From NCBI GenBank assembly GCA_051294375.1, contig JBJCIZ010000907.1:1-10011 (forward strand): a stretch of 10,011 nucleotides of DNA, given 5' to 3'. This DNA is from Paraspadella gotoi (taxonomy: Eukaryota > Animalia > Chaetognatha). This document shows, one piece after another, positions 7,696 to 10,011 of the stretch. The translations under genes were made by a program, and so were the position numbers. The number at the start of each line of letters is the position of its first letter. Position 1 is the stretch's first letter. The notes under the pieces were generated by a model. It was not told the DNA's origin and did not search any database. It saw nothing but the letters and a program-made list of their open reading frames with translations.

Positions 7696-10011
7696 TTATT
7701 TTCTAAAGTTTTTAAACGTTTTATGTTTCATTTTTCTCGAAATTATCGTTTTTCCGTGTTTTTACTACGTTTATTCTTTTTAACATTGGAAAAGAGCTGT
7801 TTTTTGTGTTTTTAAAGTTTTATCCTCCTTATTGAAGAAGTTGTTTTTTGGTGTTTTTAACCTTTTGTATCCTTTTTGAATCAACATGGTAAAATGCAGT
7901 TTTTTAAGGTGGTTTTAAAGTTTTTATCTTTTTTACATTGGATAAAAGATTCGTTTTATGGTGTTATTTAACGGTTTTAGCTCTTTTTAGCAGAGGAATA
8001 AGTCGTTGACTGGTTTTCAACGGTTTTTAGTTTTTTTTTTATTGGGAAAAGTCCTTTGAATAAGTTTTTAACGTTTTTATTCTTTTACATTGGTAAAAAG
8101 CGTTTTTTCTTTGTTTTTAAAGTTTTTATTCTTTGGAAAAGTCCGTTTTTCTGATGTTTATCTGGTTTTTATCTCCTTTACATAGGAATGTGTTGCCGGT
8201 TGTATTTAACAGTTTTTAATCTTTTTGACATCTAGAAAAATTCGTTTATCGTTGTTTTCTATCTCTTTTTAAATTGGAAAAATCGTTTGCGGTTTTTTAA
8301 AGTTTTTATCTCTTTTTATATTGGAAAAAAAGTTGCTTAAGTGTTTTTAACGTTTTTAATTCTTTTTACATTGGAAACTGCTCGTCCTGCCGGGTATTAA
8401 ACGTTTTTTCTCGTTTTCATTGGAAAAGTCGTTTGTCGATGTTTTTAACCTTTTTTTTTCCTCTTTTATATTGATAAAGTGTTTGCCGAAGTTTTTAACA
8501 TTTTTATTTTTGATTTTACACTTGAAAATATCGGTTTGTCATGTTTTACTACCGTTTTTATTCTTTTTACATGGAAAAGCGTTTTTCTTTGTTCTAAGTT
8601 TTTCTTTTTTATAATGAAAAAGTCGTTTATCTTCCGGTTGTTTTTTAATGTTTTCTTTCTTTTTTTTACAAAAAAATAAGTTTTTTTTATGTTTTTAAGC
8701 GTTTTAAGCTTCTTTTTTATCAAATGTGAGAAGTCGTTTTTTCGGTGTTTTTAACGTTTTTAGCTCTTTTACATAGAAAAAGAAAACGGAGAATCGTCTT
8801 TGCGGTAATTTTAAATCGTTTTTAGCTTCTTTTTACTAAAAGAAAAGTCGTTTTTGATAATTTTTTAACGTTTTAGTCTTTTACATAGGAAATAGTCGTT
8901 TGAAGGGTTTCATTGGTTTTTTAATTTATTTTTTATTGGATAAAGTCTTTGCCAAAGTTTTTTTAACGTTTTTTATTCTTTTTAACATTGGAAAACGCGT
9001 TTTTCTTTGTTTTTAAAAGTTTTTATCTCTTTTGGAGAAAGTATTTGGCTTGTGTTTTTTAACGTTTTTATCTCTTTTTCATAGGAAATAGTGTCTGTCG
9101 GTTATTTACGTTTTATCTCTTTTACATTAGAAAAGTCGTTTATTCGTGTTTTATCTCTTTTAACATGAAAAATTGTTGGCCGGGTTTTTTTAAGTTTTCA
9201 ATCTCTTTTTTATATTGAATAGAAGTATGCTATGTGTTTTTAACGTCTTTTATCTCTTTTAACATTTGGAAATGTGTCTGCCGGTGTATTAACAGTTTTT
9301 TCTCTATTTAATCATGAAGAAGTCGTTGTCAGTGTTTTTAACCTTTTAATTCTTTTTATATTGAAAAAGGTTTTTACGAAGTTTTTACGTTTTAATTATT
9401 TTTTAAATGTAAAATATCGTTTTGCTGGTGTTTCTACGTTTTTATCTACTTTTTTGACATGGAAAAAATGCGTTTTCTTTTTGTTTTTAAAAGTTTTATT
9501 CCTAATTGAAGAAAGTGTTTCTGGGTTTTTTCAATCCTTGTTTTTATCTTTTAACAATGGAATAGACGTTTTTTCGGTCTATTTAACGTTTTAATTTTTT
9601 TTCACTATATGGAGAAAGTCGTTTCCCTGTGTTTTTACGTATTTTAGTTGGTTTTTTTTATGGAATAGTCGTTATGATGCGGGTTTTCACGGTTTTATTT
9701 CTTTTTTTATTGAAAAGATTTGCCAAGTTTTTTAACGTTTTTATCCTCTTTTTAACATTGGGACAAAAGACGTGTTTCCCTTATTTTTTAAAGATTGTTT
9801 AATCTCTTGAGAAAAGTCGTTGCTTGGTGTTTTAACGGTTAATATTCTTTTAACATTAGTAAATGTGTTATGCGTTTTTTTAATTCTCTTTCTACATTGC
9901 AAAATCTTTGTGTTTTTTTAAGTTTATTCTTTTATATTGGTAAAGAATTTGCTAGTGTTTAATGTTTTTATCTTTTTACATGGTATGTTGCCGGTGGTAT
10001 TTTAAACGTTT

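Larger units (their letters stand above)
1158..10011 (+). repeat. Satellite array of ~49-bp monomers (plus 40-42-bp variants), T-rich orientation, with higher-order organisation; runs off the right edge
   Basis: GGAAAA/AGAAAA anchors in the clean region at 3732, 3781, 3829, 3878, 3927, ~3968, 4018, 4059, 4108, 4156, 4205, 4254, 4296, 4345, 4385, 4434, 4483, 4531, 4573, 4622 give spacings of 48-50 or 40-42 bp. The same motifs persist in degraded form to the window end. Confidence 0.97.

Noticed and set aside
425-9594. All listed ORFs (61-145 aa; F/L/K/V/S-rich, e.g. FTLEKSFAGVFNVFIS)
   Set aside because: They are translations of the satellite monomer. The same peptides appear in different overlapping frames because 49 is not a multiple of 3, many use alternative starts or span N runs, and no recognisable domain is present.
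1-10011. Telomeric repeat, tRNA/rRNA gene, or assignment to a named satellite family or species
   Set aside because: No short G-rich telomeric unit or structured-RNA signature was recognised, and I cannot match the monomer to a known family without a database search.

Overview
This window is almost entirely non-coding, AT-rich satellite DNA, most likely eukaryotic; the organism cannot be identified from the sequence. The basic unit is a ~49-bp monomer (consensus read by eye: GGAAAAGTCGTTTTCTGGTGTTTTTAACGTTTTTATCTCTTTTTACATT, 14/49 GC) with recurrent 40-42-bp deletion variants. Diagnostic monomer variants recur in fixed orders, forming variable higher-order repeats (327-bp, ~277-bp and ~480-bp blocks). 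A separate ~145-150-bp GA-rich spacer module interrupts the array about 8 times, always in the same monomer context. The array flips orientation at ~1160 (A-rich before, T-rich after). There are two N gaps (25 and 268 nt). Clean segments (1-~540, 3231-~5400) alternate with indel-ridden ones that look like uncorrected long-read gap fill, so some apparent structure may be an assembly artefact. None of the listed ORFs is credible as a gene, and no RNA gene or CRISPR array is supported.
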